64,000 nucleotides of DNA from the NCBI GenBank assembly GCA_024275955.1, contig JAJRYD010000029.1:4500-68499 (forward strand), written 5' to 3'. The first letter of the stretch is position 1, and the number at the start of each line of letters is the position of its first letter. The notes below the pieces were generated by a model, which saw only the letters and a program-made list of their open reading frames with translations, ran no database searches and was not told the origin of the DNA. The stretch is from Nitrospirota bacterium. Lineage in GTDB: Bacteria; Nitrospinota_A; UBA7883; JACRGQ01. Position numbers and translations under genes: made by a program. Below are positions 1-9,819 of this stretch, in pieces.

Positions 1-1451
1 CTAAAATAAAGAGCGTAATTATTGCGACTCTTGGTGAGCTTGGCGACCCTGAGTCGGCTAGGAAGCTGGTACGGCTGATTAGCGACGATGATATTGTGGT
101 TCGGCAGATGGTTATCGAGGCGGTAGAGAAAACCGCCGATACATCTATCGTGGACGACGTGATTTATCTCGTAAAGGATTCTGGTGATGTTAATGTGCGC
201 AGAGCCGGAGTAGAGATATTGCAAAATATTAAGGACCCTAAAGCTACGGCGGTACTGATAAAGGGGATGCGTGATTCCGACTGGTGGGTGAGGGAAATCT
301 CTACAGATGCTCTTACCACGATGAAATCGGAAGACCTTACCTCCAAGATACAGGAGCTTTTTAAAAGTGACGACGAAAACGTGCGGCGGGCGGCTGTCGA
401 ATTTTTTAAGCGTATGCCGGATGAGTCTACGTTTGAGCCGCTTTTAACCCTGCTAAAAGATGACGACTGGTGGGTGAGGGAAAAAGCGGTAGAAGCTCTT
501 GGCGAACTTAAGGATGAGCGGGCCGTTGATGAAATAATTCTGCTCATTGATGACCCTGATGTCCGGTGGGTGGTTCCAAAGGCGTTGGCAAATATCGGAG
601 GCTTGAAGTCGATAACTTTTCTTACCGATTTTCTACAAGACCCGGACAGAGCGGTAAGGCTTGCCGCTCTTGAGGGGCTGGGGAGGATAAAGGATAAGAA
701 TACGCTTAAGACTATAAAAGCCTGCGTAAAAGATTCTGATTCGGATATACGAAATAAGGCTCTGGAGATAATAAAGGAGATGACCGGCCGCGCTGTGAAA
801 GCAAGCGATATTATAGCGGAACAGGAGCGTCAGGAATGGTCGGGCGGGAGTACCGTGATGTCGGCATACGTTCCAGATAAGCCGCAGATACTCGTTGAAG
901 CTATTTTAGTGCTGGATCTTTGTAATTCTACAGAGATAGGGGTGAATTTTGGTGATGACTTTGCGCTAAAGATTACCTCTCGTCTTGTTGAGCTGACAAA
1001 GCCGATAGCTACAAGGCATCGGGTAAGGTTTACAAAAAGCACGGGCGATGGATATCTTATGACGTTTGGCGAGTTAAAAGGCTCTCTGGAGTTTGCCAAA
1101 GCTATTTCTATAGCGATTACCCAAAGCAATTCCAAGGTTCCGGCAAATGAAATGATAGACATTAGAATTGCCATTAACTTTGGCGAAACAAGAGTCGATA
1201 CCAAGGGGGATAGGCTTGGTACGGCGGTGAACAAGACCTTCCGCGTTGAAGGGCTTAAAGGGGAGGATATTATCGAAGATGAAGGCGGTATGACCCCTGA
1301 TGAACTACCAGCGGTAAATCGAACGCTGATAACTGAGGCTGTACACGAGGCGCTGGACAAGTGCGACGGCTTCTTGTCTAAGTATGTGGGGCTTTTTGAC
1401 CTGAAAGGCATTTCCGGCAGGCACAGAATATATCAAATGGTATCTGATTAA
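1..1451 (+). CDS. HEAT-repeat (PBS-lyase type) protein with a C-terminal class III nucleotidyl (adenylyl/guanylyl) cyclase domain. The 5' end lies upstream of the window.
   Basis: The open frame runs from base 3 with no stop. It contains repeated HEAT-like units (DSDWWVRE..A..AL twice). The C-terminus carries cyclase catalytic motifs: LVLDLCNST (metal-binding Asp), KSTGDGYLMTF, IRIAINFGETRV and GTAVNKTFRVEG. The gene ends with TAA at 1449-1451. Confidence 0.75.
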   Translation, partial: KIKSVIIATLGELGDPESARKLVRLISDDDIVVRQMVIEAVEKTADTSIVDDVIYLVKDSGDVNVRRAGVEILQNIKDPKATAVLIKGMRDSDWWVREISTDALTTMKSEDLTSKIQELFKSDDENVRRAAVEFFKRMPDESTFEPLLTLLKDDDWWVREKAVEALGELKDERAVDEIILLIDDPDVRWVVPKALANIGGLKSITFLTDFLQDPDRAVRLAALEGLGRIKDKNTLKTIKACVKDSDSDIRNKALEIIKEMTGRAVKASDIIAEQERQEWSGGSTVMSAYVPDKPQILVEAILVLDLCNSTEIGVNFGDDFALKITSRLVELTKPIATRHRVRFTKSTGDGYLMTFGELKGSLEFAKAISIAITQSNSKVPANEMIDIRIAINFGETRVDTKGDRLGTAVNKTFRVEGLKGEDIIEDEGGMTPDELPAVNRTLITEAVHEALDKCDGFLSKYVGLFDLKGISGRHRIYQMVSD

Positions 1452-1463
1452 AGGGAGGCGGTC

Positions 1464-1925
1464 TTGGACAAGACAAGAAATATTTTGGTTGAGATGATAA
1501 AAGGTTTACCGTTTTTTGACGGGTTTGAAGATGATGATATAAGAAAGCTTACAACCTACATGAGTTTACGGCAGGTTCCAGAGGGGGATGTGCTGTTTGA
1601 AGAGGGCGACATTGGCGACTACCTCTTTTTCATAATTGAAGGGGTCGTCGAAATAATACTGGGCGGGGAAAGCCACGGCAATAAAGTTATCGCCTCGGTG
1701 TCGGCTGGTGCATCGGTGGGCGAGATGTCTCTTATCGACAGTTATGAAAGATCGGCAACCGTTCGGGCCGCTACTGACCTTGAAATACTAATTCTTACTA
1801 AAACAAGGTTTGACAGAGTAATTAAAGAAACTCCAGATATCGGCGTAAAGGTATTGATGGGATTGGCAAGTAATATCAGCGGCCGTCTTCGCACTTCTCA
1901 AGGACGCTATAGGGATCTTGTTTGA
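1464..1925 (+). CDS. Cyclic-nucleotide-binding (cNMP/CAP-effector) domain protein
   Basis: Motifs FEEGDIGDYLFFIIEGVVEI and GEMSLID..RSATVRA are typical of a cNMP-binding beta-roll. The start codon is TTG, preceded by a strong SD (AGGGAGG) 5 nt upstream. The gene sits directly downstream of the cyclase. Confidence 0.8.
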   Translation: MDKTRNILVEMIKGLPFFDGFEDDDIRKLTTYMSLRQVPEGDVLFEEGDIGDYLFFIIEGVVEIILGGESHGNKVIASVSAGASVGEMSLIDSYERSATVRAATDLEILILTKTRFDRVIKETPDIGVKVLMGLASNISGRLRTSQGRYRDLV

Positions 1926-1930
1926 GATAG

Positions 1931-3121
1931 ATGAAAGAAAAAAGAGCTAATCTAGGGGTGTTGCCGTTTTTATTGCTTTGCGGCATCGTTGCCTTTGTTG
2001 GGCGTGGCGATACACTCGCGGAAGATTCTGGCCTATCCGGGCAATGGATAAACTCCCACTGGTTCCACCCGCTTCCGCCCATGGGCAAAAAGCCTACGGG
2101 CTTTTCGGATCTCGAAGCTTCGCTGATACCAAAGGATTGCGGTGAATGCCATGAAAAGCAGTATAGCGACTGGTCTGCTTCACGGCACTCAAAATCTATG
2201 GGGAATGGCGTTGTCGGACAGTTTCATCCGCCGTGGATAGATGACAAAATGAGAGTGAGCTGTCAGGAATGCCACGCGCCTTTGTATGAGCAAAACCCTG
2301 TCGTGGTCGCTGGCGGGGAGATAGTTAAGAACAGGCTTTATAAAAAGGATGTCGCGTCATACGGTGTTTCGTGCGCCGTATGCCATGTCCGAAAGCATGT
2401 AAGGTATGGCCCGATACCAAGAAAATTACAGGATCCAGATACGCCGCATAACGGGTTTATCGAGAAAAATGATTTTAACAGCTCCGAATTTTGCAAACCT
2501 TGCCATCAGTTCAACCCTAACGGCAGGTCGCTAAACGGAAAGCTTATGCAAGATACCTATGAACAATGGAAGCGGTCGCCTGCCGCCAAAGAGGGGAAGG
2601 TTTGCGCTTCTTGTCATATGCCGGACAGGAAGCATATTTTTCAGGGAGTACACCACGAACAGATGGTTAACGAAGGGCTTTCGGTAGATTTGGAAAGAGG
2701 GGCCGAGTACGCGACTCTTTCGGTTAAAAATACTGGGGTTGGGCATAAATTTCCGACATATGTCACCCCAAAGGTTGTGGTTTCGGGAAAGGTCATAAAT
2801 CTCGACGGAAAGGCTGTAGATGGAACCCTAAAGGAGTATTACATTCAATGGAGTGTTTCGCTAGATTTAAGTGAGGAGTATTTTGATACAAGGCTCGACC
2901 CAGACGAAACGCTTAAGGCGTACTTCAAGTTTCCTATGGAGCATTCCGGTAATATATTCGAGATAGATATCAGAGTTTACCCAGATGAATTCTACAGGCG
3001 GTTTTATGAGGCTATGATAGCAAATCCTCCAAAGGGGGTAGATGTTCCCATGCTTAAAAAAGCGCTAAAAGAAGTAAAGAGTTCGGATTTCTCTGTCTAC
3101 AACCGGCGAGTCGCGTTTTAG
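1931..3121 (+). CDS. Multihaem c-type cytochrome, periplasmic, with five CxxCH motifs
   Basis: It has an N-terminal signal-peptide-like hydrophobic segment. The haem-binding motifs are CGECH, CQECH, CAVCH, CKPCH and CASCH. Confidence 0.8.
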   Translation: MKEKRANLGVLPFLLLCGIVAFVGRGDTLAEDSGLSGQWINSHWFHPLPPMGKKPTGFSDLEASLIPKDCGECHEKQYSDWSASRHSKSMGNGVVGQFHPPWIDDKMRVSCQECHAPLYEQNPVVVAGGEIVKNRLYKKDVASYGVSCAVCHVRKHVRYGPIPRKLQDPDTPHNGFIEKNDFNSSEFCKPCHQFNPNGRSLNGKLMQDTYEQWKRSPAAKEGKVCASCHMPDRKHIFQGVHHEQMVNEGLSVDLERGAEYATLSVKNTGVGHKFPTYVTPKVVVSGKVINLDGKAVDGTLKEYYIQWSVSLDLSEEYFDTRLDPDETLKAYFKFPMEHSGNIFEIDIRVYPDEFYRRFYEAMIANPPKGVDVPMLKKALKEVKSSDFSVYNRRVAF

Positions 3122-3254
3122 TATTAAGCTGTTGATTTTTTTCTGCTCATGGTGCCTGTTAGGTTGCCGCGAGGCGAACCGTCTGGCAACTGTCTTGTTA
3201 CATCATAATCATCGTCACTTGGTTATTTTTTTTGGTAAGTCGATACCGCAATAA

Positions 3255-3384
3255 GGGGACTGTTTTCAAAAGAGTTTTTTGAGCATTTTAAGGGGAAGTT
3301 TATTTTCTAACTTCTTAAAAATAGAATCGTTAGAGATTGGCAATTTGTAGCAAAACCAAGATTGTCTTATTTGCCAACAGCCCC
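3255..3384 (+). repeat. Copy A of a roughly 130-nt conserved intergenic element (candidate structured small RNA or MITE-like repeat)
   Basis: It is near-identical to 58403..58531 on the same strand. The core reads aaaagagttttttRagcattttaagggRaagtttattttctaacttcttaaaaatag...gattggYaatttgtagcaaaaccaagattgtcttatt. A closing helix pairs GGGGaCTGTT at the 5' end with AACAGCCCC at the 3' end. The element lies in a 739-nt intergenic gap. Confidence 0.5.
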
Positions 3385-3517
3385 GCAAGGTGTGGCTATC
3401 GTGCTTTTGATGAGGCTGTTAAACTTAAAATGCTAATAAGGTTAGATATTTTCAAGCTTGGCCTGCTTTTTTGTTTTTAAGCCCTACCTGCTAGTAAGTG
3501 CAAAGGATTCGTCTCAG

Positions 3518-3546
3518 CCTTCCGGCGGAAGGTCTGTTGTTTTTGG
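3518..3546 (+). terminator. Possible intrinsic terminator: hairpin CCTTCC-ggc-GGAAGG followed by a T-rich tract
   Basis: A 6-bp GC-rich stem with a 3-nt loop is followed by tctgttgtttttgg. It lies about 135 nt downstream of repeat copy A, inside a spurious 77-aa ORF. Confidence 0.3.
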
Positions 3547-3859
3547 CAAATAGTTCACCTTTCGCATATTGCTGTGGCTGTAATTTTCATTGCAATGAAC
3601 AAGCTTTCGTATCGCTGTTTTCTGGCGGTGCTGTGCGCCTATCCTTGGCACCGATAGCCGGTGATGGAGCTAACGCAATTACTCGGCTTAAAAAGAGCTG
3701 GAGCCTATGTTACAATGCCGGATTAAGCTAGCAATACGGCATGGGGGAATGCTGGGGAGCGCGCTTGTTTCTAGTTCGGTAGAGAATATTTTATATCTTT
3801 TAGATATTTCTGCCGGCGTCAAAAATAAAATAAGCCTTGAAGGGCGGGGGTAGGAGCTG

Positions 3860-4735
3860 ATGGAGCTGAAAAACGAAGACTTTCTTGAACTAAAAAACTA
3901 TATACACAAAACGTGCGGCATACATATCAATGAGAGCAAGAAATATCTTGTACAGCAAAGGTTATCGCCTGTGGCGCAATCGCTGGGGCTTGAATCGTTT
4001 AGAAAACTTATACAAAAACTGGAGAACGATTCTGCCTTGGGAGAGAGGATAGTAGAAAGCATAACCACGAATGAAACAAGTTTTTTTAGAGATGACCATC
4101 CTTTTGGCACTTTTGGGACGATGATTCTTCCAAAGCTTGGAGAGCTGATACGCAAGAGAAAAGAGCGTCAGAATAATATGGAAGGGCCGAAAGTGAACCT
4201 ATGGTGCGCCGCGTCGTCAACAGGTCAGGAGCCTTATAGCCTTTCTATGCTGATAAGCGAGTACGTCGATTCGAATAAATATAACGGCATCTCTATAGAC
4301 GATTTTTCAATACTCGCGACAGATATTTCGTCTGAGGTTTTGTCTCAGGCTATATCTGGAGAGTATTCGAACTTGGAGGTAAGACGCGGCCTTTCAGACG
4401 AGAGAAAAAAGAAATATTTTATCAAGAGAGAACCTGACGGATGGATTCTTAGCGGAGCAATTAGAGGCATGGTCGATTTTAGAAAAATAAACCTCGCTGA
4501 AAGTTTCACAACGCTTGGCCGGTTTGATGTCATTATTTGCAGAAATGTTTTGATCTATTTTGACGACCATACTAAAGGTAGAATTTTTAGTCAATTTAGG
4601 AAGATGCTGTCTGACGATGGTTTGCTTGTTCTTGGAGCGTGCGAAAATGTCCGCCTGCTTACTGACGAATTTGAATCTTTTACACATGGGCAGACAATAA
4701 TGTATAGGCCAAAAACATCTAAGGCTCCTCGGTGA
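3860..4735 (+). CDS. cheR: Chemotaxis protein methyltransferase CheR (solitary copy)
   Basis: It carries the CheR N-terminal all-alpha domain and the SAM methyltransferase domain, with SFFRDDHPF and VWCAASSTGQEPYSL motifs. Confidence 0.85.
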   Translation: MELKNEDFLELKNYIHKTCGIHINESKKYLVQQRLSPVAQSLGLESFRKLIQKLENDSALGERIVESITTNETSFFRDDHPFGTFGTMILPKLGELIRKRKERQNNMEGPKVNLWCAASSTGQEPYSLSMLISEYVDSNKYNGISIDDFSILATDISSEVLSQAISGEYSNLEVRRGLSDERKKKYFIKREPDGWILSGAIRGMVDFRKINLAESFTTLGRFDVIICRNVLIYFDDHTKGRIFSQFRKMLSDDGLLVLGACENVRLLTDEFESFTHGQTIMYRPKTSKAPR

Positions 4736-4973
4736 ACGCAGGGTGGAGCCGATATAACTGAGCTGGTAGACCTAGGGGAAAGTAAAACGAGTAACGTCAG
4801 TGGTGCTAAGTTTATAGACGCGAGAGCGGTTAATGCTTTAATCGAGTCGACTAAAAATGCCCTTACCACGGCCTGTTAGACGGCACCAGTGTGGTACGGA
4901 AGACGATAGTTGAGATATTTTCCCTGCTAGTGATGTTGCGTAAGCGGCGCGATGAGGAAGGCCGCCTTGTTCT

Positions 4974-5777
4974 TTACGGCTCAGGTTTATCTGTTTTCTC
5001 TATTTCCGAGGTTGCGGGTGGGGCGGTTTTATCGAACCGTGCCAATTTGCTTTTAACCCATGTAAACGGGCCCGACCCCGCGTAGATTAACGCGACAAGA
5101 AAAAGCATCAGTTCTGGCAGTACGGCGATAACATAAATAAAAAGTACGGTAAATACCAGAAAACTAAAAGTTTTTCTCTTCTCGAACTCGAATTTTTTAA
5201 ACGACGCGTATTTAAGATTGCTAATCATCAGAAAGGCAAGAGCGTAGACAGTAGCGACGATAATAACCGGATGCAGTTTTTCTATTACAAAAAACTCCTT
5301 CGTGAGAATAACCATAGACGCTATAAGCCCGGCGGCGGCCGGAATCGGCAGGCCTATAAACCTGTTGCCGGCAGTGATGGTGGAGCTGTGCGTATTGAAG
5401 CGGGCAAGCCTAAGCGCGCCGCAGATAACGTAGAGAAACGCCGCCATCCAGCCGACCCTTCCATAAGGCTGGAGTACCCACGAATAGACAAGAAAAGCGG
5501 GAGCGATGCCGAACGACATAAGGTCGGCAAGCGAGTCGTACTCCATTCCGAAATGCGATGTGGAGTTGGTAAGCCTTGCTACTTTGCCATCTAAAAAGTC
5601 GAAAAAACCGGCTAGTATTATCAGGTACGCCGCGTTCAGGTACTCGCCATTGAAGACCGATATAAGAGCATAGAACCCGCAGAAAAATCCAAAAGTAGTT
5701 ATTAGGGACGGCAGTAGGAACACCCCTTTCCTAAGCTTTTGCTTTACGGTAAGCATTGTTCCTTCATTGTCAGCCAT
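4974..5777 (-). CDS. pssA: CDP-diacylglycerol--serine O-phosphatidyltransferase (CDP-alcohol phosphatidyltransferase family)
   Basis: It has the motif FFDFLDGKVAR...G...D..AD and multiple transmembrane segments. It lies downstream of psd in the same orientation. Confidence 0.8.
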   Translation of the reverse strand: MADNEGTMLTVKQKLRKGVFLLPSLITTFGFFCGFYALISVFNGEYLNAAYLIILAGFFDFLDGKVARLTNSTSHFGMEYDSLADLMSFGIAPAFLVYSWVLQPYGRVGWMAAFLYVICGALRLARFNTHSSTITAGNRFIGLPIPAAAGLIASMVILTKEFFVIEKLHPVIIVATVYALAFLMISNLKYASFKKFEFEKRKTFSFLVFTVLFIYVIAVLPELMLFLVALIYAGSGPFTWVKSKLARFDKTAPPATSEIEKTDKPEP

Positions 5778-5814
5778 CGGTCGATATTAACACTAAATGC
5801 CTCTAAATTGGCAG

Positions 5815-6444
5815 TTAGTCCTTCATATGGGCGATTATGGATGAGCCGCCATGCACCTTGTCTTTTAGTTTAACATCGACCGTAGCTGTGGCGGGCAATG
5901 TTACATCCATCCGTGATCCAAAGCGTATTAGGCCGTATCGTTCGCCTTTTACCGCTTCGTCTCCCTCCAGCGTATTGCATACTATACGACGGGCGATTAG
6001 CCCTACAATCTGCTTTACGGTAACTTTTCCATAAGCAGAGTTTATCGTAATCACAGAGCGGGAATTTTCTTCCGATGCCATATGGTTGAACGCCGCAAGG
6101 AATTTACCGTCTATCATCTCTTTTTTAATCACTTTTCCCGATATAGGGTAGCGGTTTATATGCACGTTGAAGATGCTAAGAAAAATGGAAATTCTTATTC
6201 TTTTTTCATTGGTGGTGTCGTCGAACCAGTCACGGTCTATCTTTACCACCACCCCATCAGCGGGAGATACCACGGCGTTCGGCTCGTTGGTGATTTTGCG
6301 GTACGGGTCGCGAAAAAAGAACAGTACAAAAAGCGCGAGCGAGAAAACTATTCCAGCCGCTGGCTTTTGTTCTGCGAAGTATAGCCCACCTGCCAGCCCG
6401 AGTAGCGGCAGGAAGAACATCCACGCGTCTCTTGCGACACTCAT
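5815..6444 (-). CDS. psd: Phosphatidylserine decarboxylase proenzyme (short form)
   Basis: A GSRMD-like self-cleavage site (FGSRMDV) is present near the C-terminus. It forms an operon with pssA. Confidence 0.75.
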   Translation of the reverse strand: MSVARDAWMFFLPLLGLAGGLYFAEQKPAAGIVFSLALFVLFFFRDPYRKITNEPNAVVSPADGVVVKIDRDWFDDTTNEKRIRISIFLSIFNVHINRYPISGKVIKKEMIDGKFLAAFNHMASEENSRSVITINSAYGKVTVKQIVGLIARRIVCNTLEGDEAVKGERYGLIRFGSRMDVTLPATATVDVKLKDKVHGGSSIIAHMKD

Positions 6445-6448
6445 AAAG

Positions 6449-7459
6449 CTAGTCTTTAATCTTTTTGCCGATCCAAGGCATCATCGACCGGAGCTTTTCT
6501 CCAACTTTTTCGATTGAGTGTTCGGCATCTTCTTTGATGCGCGCGTCCATCACAGGCCTTCCATTCTTATTCTCCGCCATCCACTCGTCAGCGAACTGCC
6601 CACTCTGAATTTCAGCCAGAATTTTTTTCATCTCTTTTCTCGTCTCTTGGGTGATGATTCTTTTCCCTCGCGTAACATCGCCGTATTCGGCGGTGTCGGA
6701 TATCGAGTAGCGCATGTTGGCGATGCCGCCTTCGAAGATGAGGTCGACTATAAGTTTTGTTTCGTGCAGACATTCGAAGTATGCTATTTCCGGCTGGTAT
6801 CCGGCTTCGACCAGCGTGTCGTATCCAGCGCGGATAAGCTCCGACAGCCCGCCGCAGAGAACCGACTGCTCGCCAAAGAGGTCTGTTTCTGTCTCTTCTT
6901 TAAAAGTGGTTTCTATAACGCCGCCGCGGGTACAGCCTATAGCCTGTGCGTACGCGAGGCCTACCTGCTTGCCGCTACCGGTAGCATCTTGGTTTACCGC
7001 TATAAGGCCCGGCACGCCGCCGCCTTCGGTGAATTGTCTTCGTACAAGATGTCCCGGGCCTTTTGGCGCTACCATGAACACGTCGATATCTTTTGGCGGG
7101 ACGATTTTATTGAAGTGTATTGAAAACCCATGAGCGAATGCAAGAGCGTTTCCCTTTTCCAGGTTTGGAGCGATGTCGCTTTCGTACAGGCTCGGCTGTA
7201 TATGGTCGGGAACCAGCATCATTATAACTTCTGCCTTTTTTGCCGCATCGGCAAACGAGAACGTTTCTATCCCTGCGTCGTTCGCTATTTTATTGAACTT
7301 GCTCTCAGGCCTAAGCCCAACGATTACGTTGATGCCGCTGTCTTTCATGTTTAGCGAATGCGCGTGTCCCTGCGAGCCAAAGCCCATTACAGCGACAGTT
7401 TTCCCTTGTAAATATTTTATGTCGGCATCTTTTTCGTAGTACATGGTAGCCATTATCAT
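6449..7459 (-). CDS. ilvC: Ketol-acid reductoisomerase
   Basis: The N-terminus carries a Rossmann [17 protein letters not shown] motif and the protein has the IlvC C-terminal domain. It is the last gene of the ilvB-ilvN-ilvC operon. Confidence 0.95.
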   Translation of the reverse strand: MIMATMYYEKDADIKYLQGKTVAVMGFGSQGHAHSLNMKDSGINVIVGLRPESKFNKIANDAGIETFSFADAAKKAEVIMMLVPDHIQPSLYESDIAPNLEKGNALAFAHGFSIHFNKIVPPKDIDVFMVAPKGPGHLVRRQFTEGGGVPGLIAVNQDATGSGKQVGLAYAQAIGCTRGGVIETTFKEETETDLFGEQSVLCGGLSELIRAGYDTLVEAGYQPEIAYFECLHETKLIVDLIFEGGIANMRYSISDTAEYGDVTRGKRIITQETRKEMKKILAEIQSGQFADEWMAENKNGRPVMDARIKEDAEHSIEKVGEKLRSMMPWIGKKIKD

Positions 7460-7485
7460 TTCCCCTTTTCTAATGCAGGTAGATA

Positions 7486-8007
7486 CTACCTGCCGTTATT
7501 TTTATCTTTGTTGTTTTTTTCAGTAAGCATCTTCGAGCCTCGCGAGAGAGCGATCTTTCCGGTACGAGCGACCTCCTTTAGGCCAAGCGGTTTGATGATT
7601 TCCAGAAAAGCATCTATCTTCCCGTCGGAACCTGTCACCTCTATCGTATAGGCTTTTGGAGAGACATCTACAATCCTACCCCTAAATATGTCGGTTATAC
7701 GCAGTATCTCCGCGCGGTTTTTCTCCGTAGCGCTAACCTTTACCAGCATCAATTCACGGTCTACGAACTCCTCGGCGGTAACATCACGCACCTTTATAAC
7801 GTCTATCAGCTTATTAAGCTGTTTGTTTATCTGCTCGACGATTTTGTCGTCGCCTCTTGTTACGATGGTCATTCTAGAAACCGCAGGGTCTTCTGTTTCT
7901 CCAACGGTAAGCGATTCGATGTTGAACCCACGGCCGGAAAAAAGACCCGACACGCGGGAAAGGACGCCAAACCTGTTTTCAACCAGTATTGTTATTGTAT
8001 GTTTCAT
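7486..8007 (-). CDS. ilvN: Acetolactate synthase small (regulatory) subunit with an ACT domain
   Basis: It has an N-terminal ACT domain ([29 protein letters not shown]). It sits between ilvB and ilvC. Confidence 0.9.
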   Translation of the reverse strand: MKHTITILVENRFGVLSRVSGLFSGRGFNIESLTVGETEDPAVSRMTIVTRGDDKIVEQINKQLNKLIDVIKVRDVTAEEFVDRELMLVKVSATEKNRAEILRITDIFRGRIVDVSPKAYTIEVTGSDGKIDAFLEIIKPLGLKEVARTGKIALSRGSKMLTEKNNKDKNNGR

Positions 8008-8010
8008 CTT

Positions 8011-9705
8011 TCAAGCCAACATCATATCTTTAACGGTTTTCCCCGCCGGTACCATAGGAAAAACATTTTCGCTCGGGTCGCAGACAAACTCCATAAATAC
8101 CGGCTTGTTAACGGAGAGCCCCTTTTTAATTACACTTTTTACTTCGGAGGTTTTGGTAGCTCTAAGGCCTACCGCGCCGTATGCCTCTGCCAGCTTTACG
8201 AAGTCTGGGTAATTAGGCATTATGCTGGAGGAATACCTCTTGCCGTGGAAGAACTCCTGCCACTGCCGAACCATGCCTAGTGTTCCATTATTAAGGATAG
8301 CTACCTTGACGTTAAGCCCATTCTCGATAGCGGTTGCCAGCTCCTGTATGTTCATCTGTATGCTTCCATCTCCGGCTATGCATATAACCAGTCTTTTTTG
8401 GTCGGCCGCCTGAGCGCCAAGCGCCGCTGGGAAACCAAACCCCATAGTCCCAAGCCCGCCGGAGGAGAGAAATGTCCTCGGCTCGGTGAAGCTGAGGAAC
8501 TGCGCCGCCCACATTTGCGCCTGTCCTACTTCTGTCGAGTAGATAGGGCTTTTGTCTTTCGCAAATTCATCTATAGCTTCGATAACCTGCTGAGGTTTTA
8601 TCTTTCCATCTTTTTTTGCCGGTTTGTATTTAAGCGGGTATCTTTTTTTCCATTCGGCTATCTGGGTAAGCCAGTCCTTATGTTTCTCTTTCCAGCCGGT
8701 TTTGTCTTTTTGAACATGCTGGTTTAGCTTTTTCATTATGTCCAAGAGGTCGCCGACCACAGGTATATCGGCGGAAACATTTTTGCCTATTGAGCCGGGG
8801 TCGATATCTACATGGACAACTTTACTGCTAGGCGAAAACTGATCCAGCTTTCCGGTAACTCTGTCGTCGAAACGGGAGCCGAGTGCTAAAAGCAGATCTG
8901 TCTCGTGGACAGCCATGTTTGCCGAATAGGTGCCGTGCATGCCGAGCATTCCAAGCGAGATTGCGTTATCGCTTGGGAAAGCGCCCATTCCCATAAGTGT
9001 GGTGGTGACAGGTATTTTGGTCTTCATCGCGAACTTATAAAGCTCTTTGCCGGCGTTGGCCGTTATCATTCCGCCGCCGATATAAAGCACAGGCTTCGAG
9101 GCCGATTTTATAGCCTGAAAAGCTTTTTTAATCTGTGCAGGGTGGCCTTCGTAAGTAGGGTGATAGCTTCTTATAGAAACGCTTTTGGGGTACGAGAAGT
9201 CGGCCGTAGCTAGAAGGACGTTTTTGGGCAAATCTATTAGCACAGGTCCTGGCTTTCCGGTGGTCGCTATGTATAGGCCTTCCTTAATCGTCTTCGCTAA
9301 GTCGCGGACATCCCTAACTAAAAATGAATGTTTTGTACATGGTCTGGTTATTCCTATTATATCGGCCTCTTGGAAAGCGTCGTTTCCTATCATCTCTACA
9401 TTTACCTGTCCGGTAAATACAAGGAGAGGTATTGAGTCCATATAGGCGTTGGCTATGCCTGTAACTGTGTTCGTAGCTCCCGGCCCGCTTGTTACAACGC
9501 AGATGCCGCACCTGCCTGTCGCCCGGGAATAACCATCCGCCATATGAACGGCACCTTGCTCGTGCCGTACGCGCAGATGCTTAAGCTTGGACTTGTACAG
9601 CGCGTCGTAAAGCGGAAGCACAGCTCCTCCGGGGTAGCCGAATATTAGGTCAACCCCTTCTTTTAGAAGGCTTTCCACGAAAATTTGCGCGCCAGAGAGC
9701 TTCAT
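8011..9705 (-). CDS. ilvB: Acetolactate synthase large (catalytic) subunit, thiamine-pyrophosphate dependent
   Basis: TPP-enzyme N-terminal, middle and C-terminal domains are present, with a GDG..QMN TPP-binding motif. Confidence 0.95.
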   Translation of the reverse strand: MKLSGAQIFVESLLKEGVDLIFGYPGGAVLPLYDALYKSKLKHLRVRHEQGAVHMADGYSRATGRCGICVVTSGPGATNTVTGIANAYMDSIPLLVFTGQVNVEMIGNDAFQEADIIGITRPCTKHSFLVRDVRDLAKTIKEGLYIATTGKPGPVLIDLPKNVLLATADFSYPKSVSIRSYHPTYEGHPAQIKKAFQAIKSASKPVLYIGGGMITANAGKELYKFAMKTKIPVTTTLMGMGAFPSDNAISLGMLGMHGTYSANMAVHETDLLLALGSRFDDRVTGKLDQFSPSSKVVHVDIDPGSIGKNVSADIPVVGDLLDIMKKLNQHVQKDKTGWKEKHKDWLTQIAEWKKRYPLKYKPAKKDGKIKPQQVIEAIDEFAKDKSPIYSTEVGQAQMWAAQFLSFTEPRTFLSSGGLGTMGFGFPAALGAQAADQKRLVICIAGDGSIQMNIQELATAIENGLNVKVAILNNGTLGMVRQWQEFFHGKRYSSSIMPNYPDFVKLAEAYGAVGLRATKTSEVKSVIKKGLSVNKPVFMEFVCDPSENVFPMVPAGKTVKDMMLA

Positions 9706-9728
9706 CTTTATCCTCGTTAAAAACGGAA

Positions 9729-9758
9729 GATTCTACCACATTTACGGCCGATTACCCA
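9729..9758 (-). promoter_or_regulatory. Putative sigma-70 promoter for the ilvBNC operon
   Basis: On the minus strand there is a TTGGGT -35 (9753-9758), an 18-nt spacer, and an extended -10 TGgTAGAAT (-10 at 9729-9734), about 25 nt upstream of the ilvB start. Confidence 0.35.
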
Positions 9759-9819
9759 AATCATGTTTTTACATGACAGGTTGGGAAAAAACTGTTTCAT
9801 TCTGCTATTATGATTTCCT

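Noticed and set aside
164-1411. Antisense ORFs (164..547 minus, 830..1411 minus), and many similar S/T/P-rich antisense ORFs throughout (for example 28580..28873, 29663..30064, 30395..30739, 43180..43977, 52043..52855)
   Set aside because: They lie wholly inside well-supported genes on the opposite strand. Their low-complexity, Ser-rich translations are typical of antisense frames of GA-rich coding DNA. None has a recognisable motif.
3336-3354. A sigma-54-like TGGCA...GCA motif inside the conserved repeat element
   Set aside because: The spacing between the GG and GC elements is one nucleotide short of the strict sigma-54 -24/-12 geometry. Copy B carries TGGTA rather than TGGCA.
3498-3731. 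A 77-aa plus-strand ORF in the cytochrome-cheR intergenic region
   Set aside because: It has no RBS, it overlaps the candidate terminator hairpin, and its composition is non-protein-like. It is more likely untranslated sequence downstream of the repeat element.
4745-4890. Possible tRNA, tmRNA or other RNA in the cheR-pssA convergent gap
   Set aside because: No cloverleaf, T-loop consensus (GTTCRANYC) or tmRNA/tRNA-like 3' end was discernible by eye. The same holds for the other large gaps (31676-32163, 35685-35975, 62372-62654). tRNAscan or Infernal would be needed to be certain.
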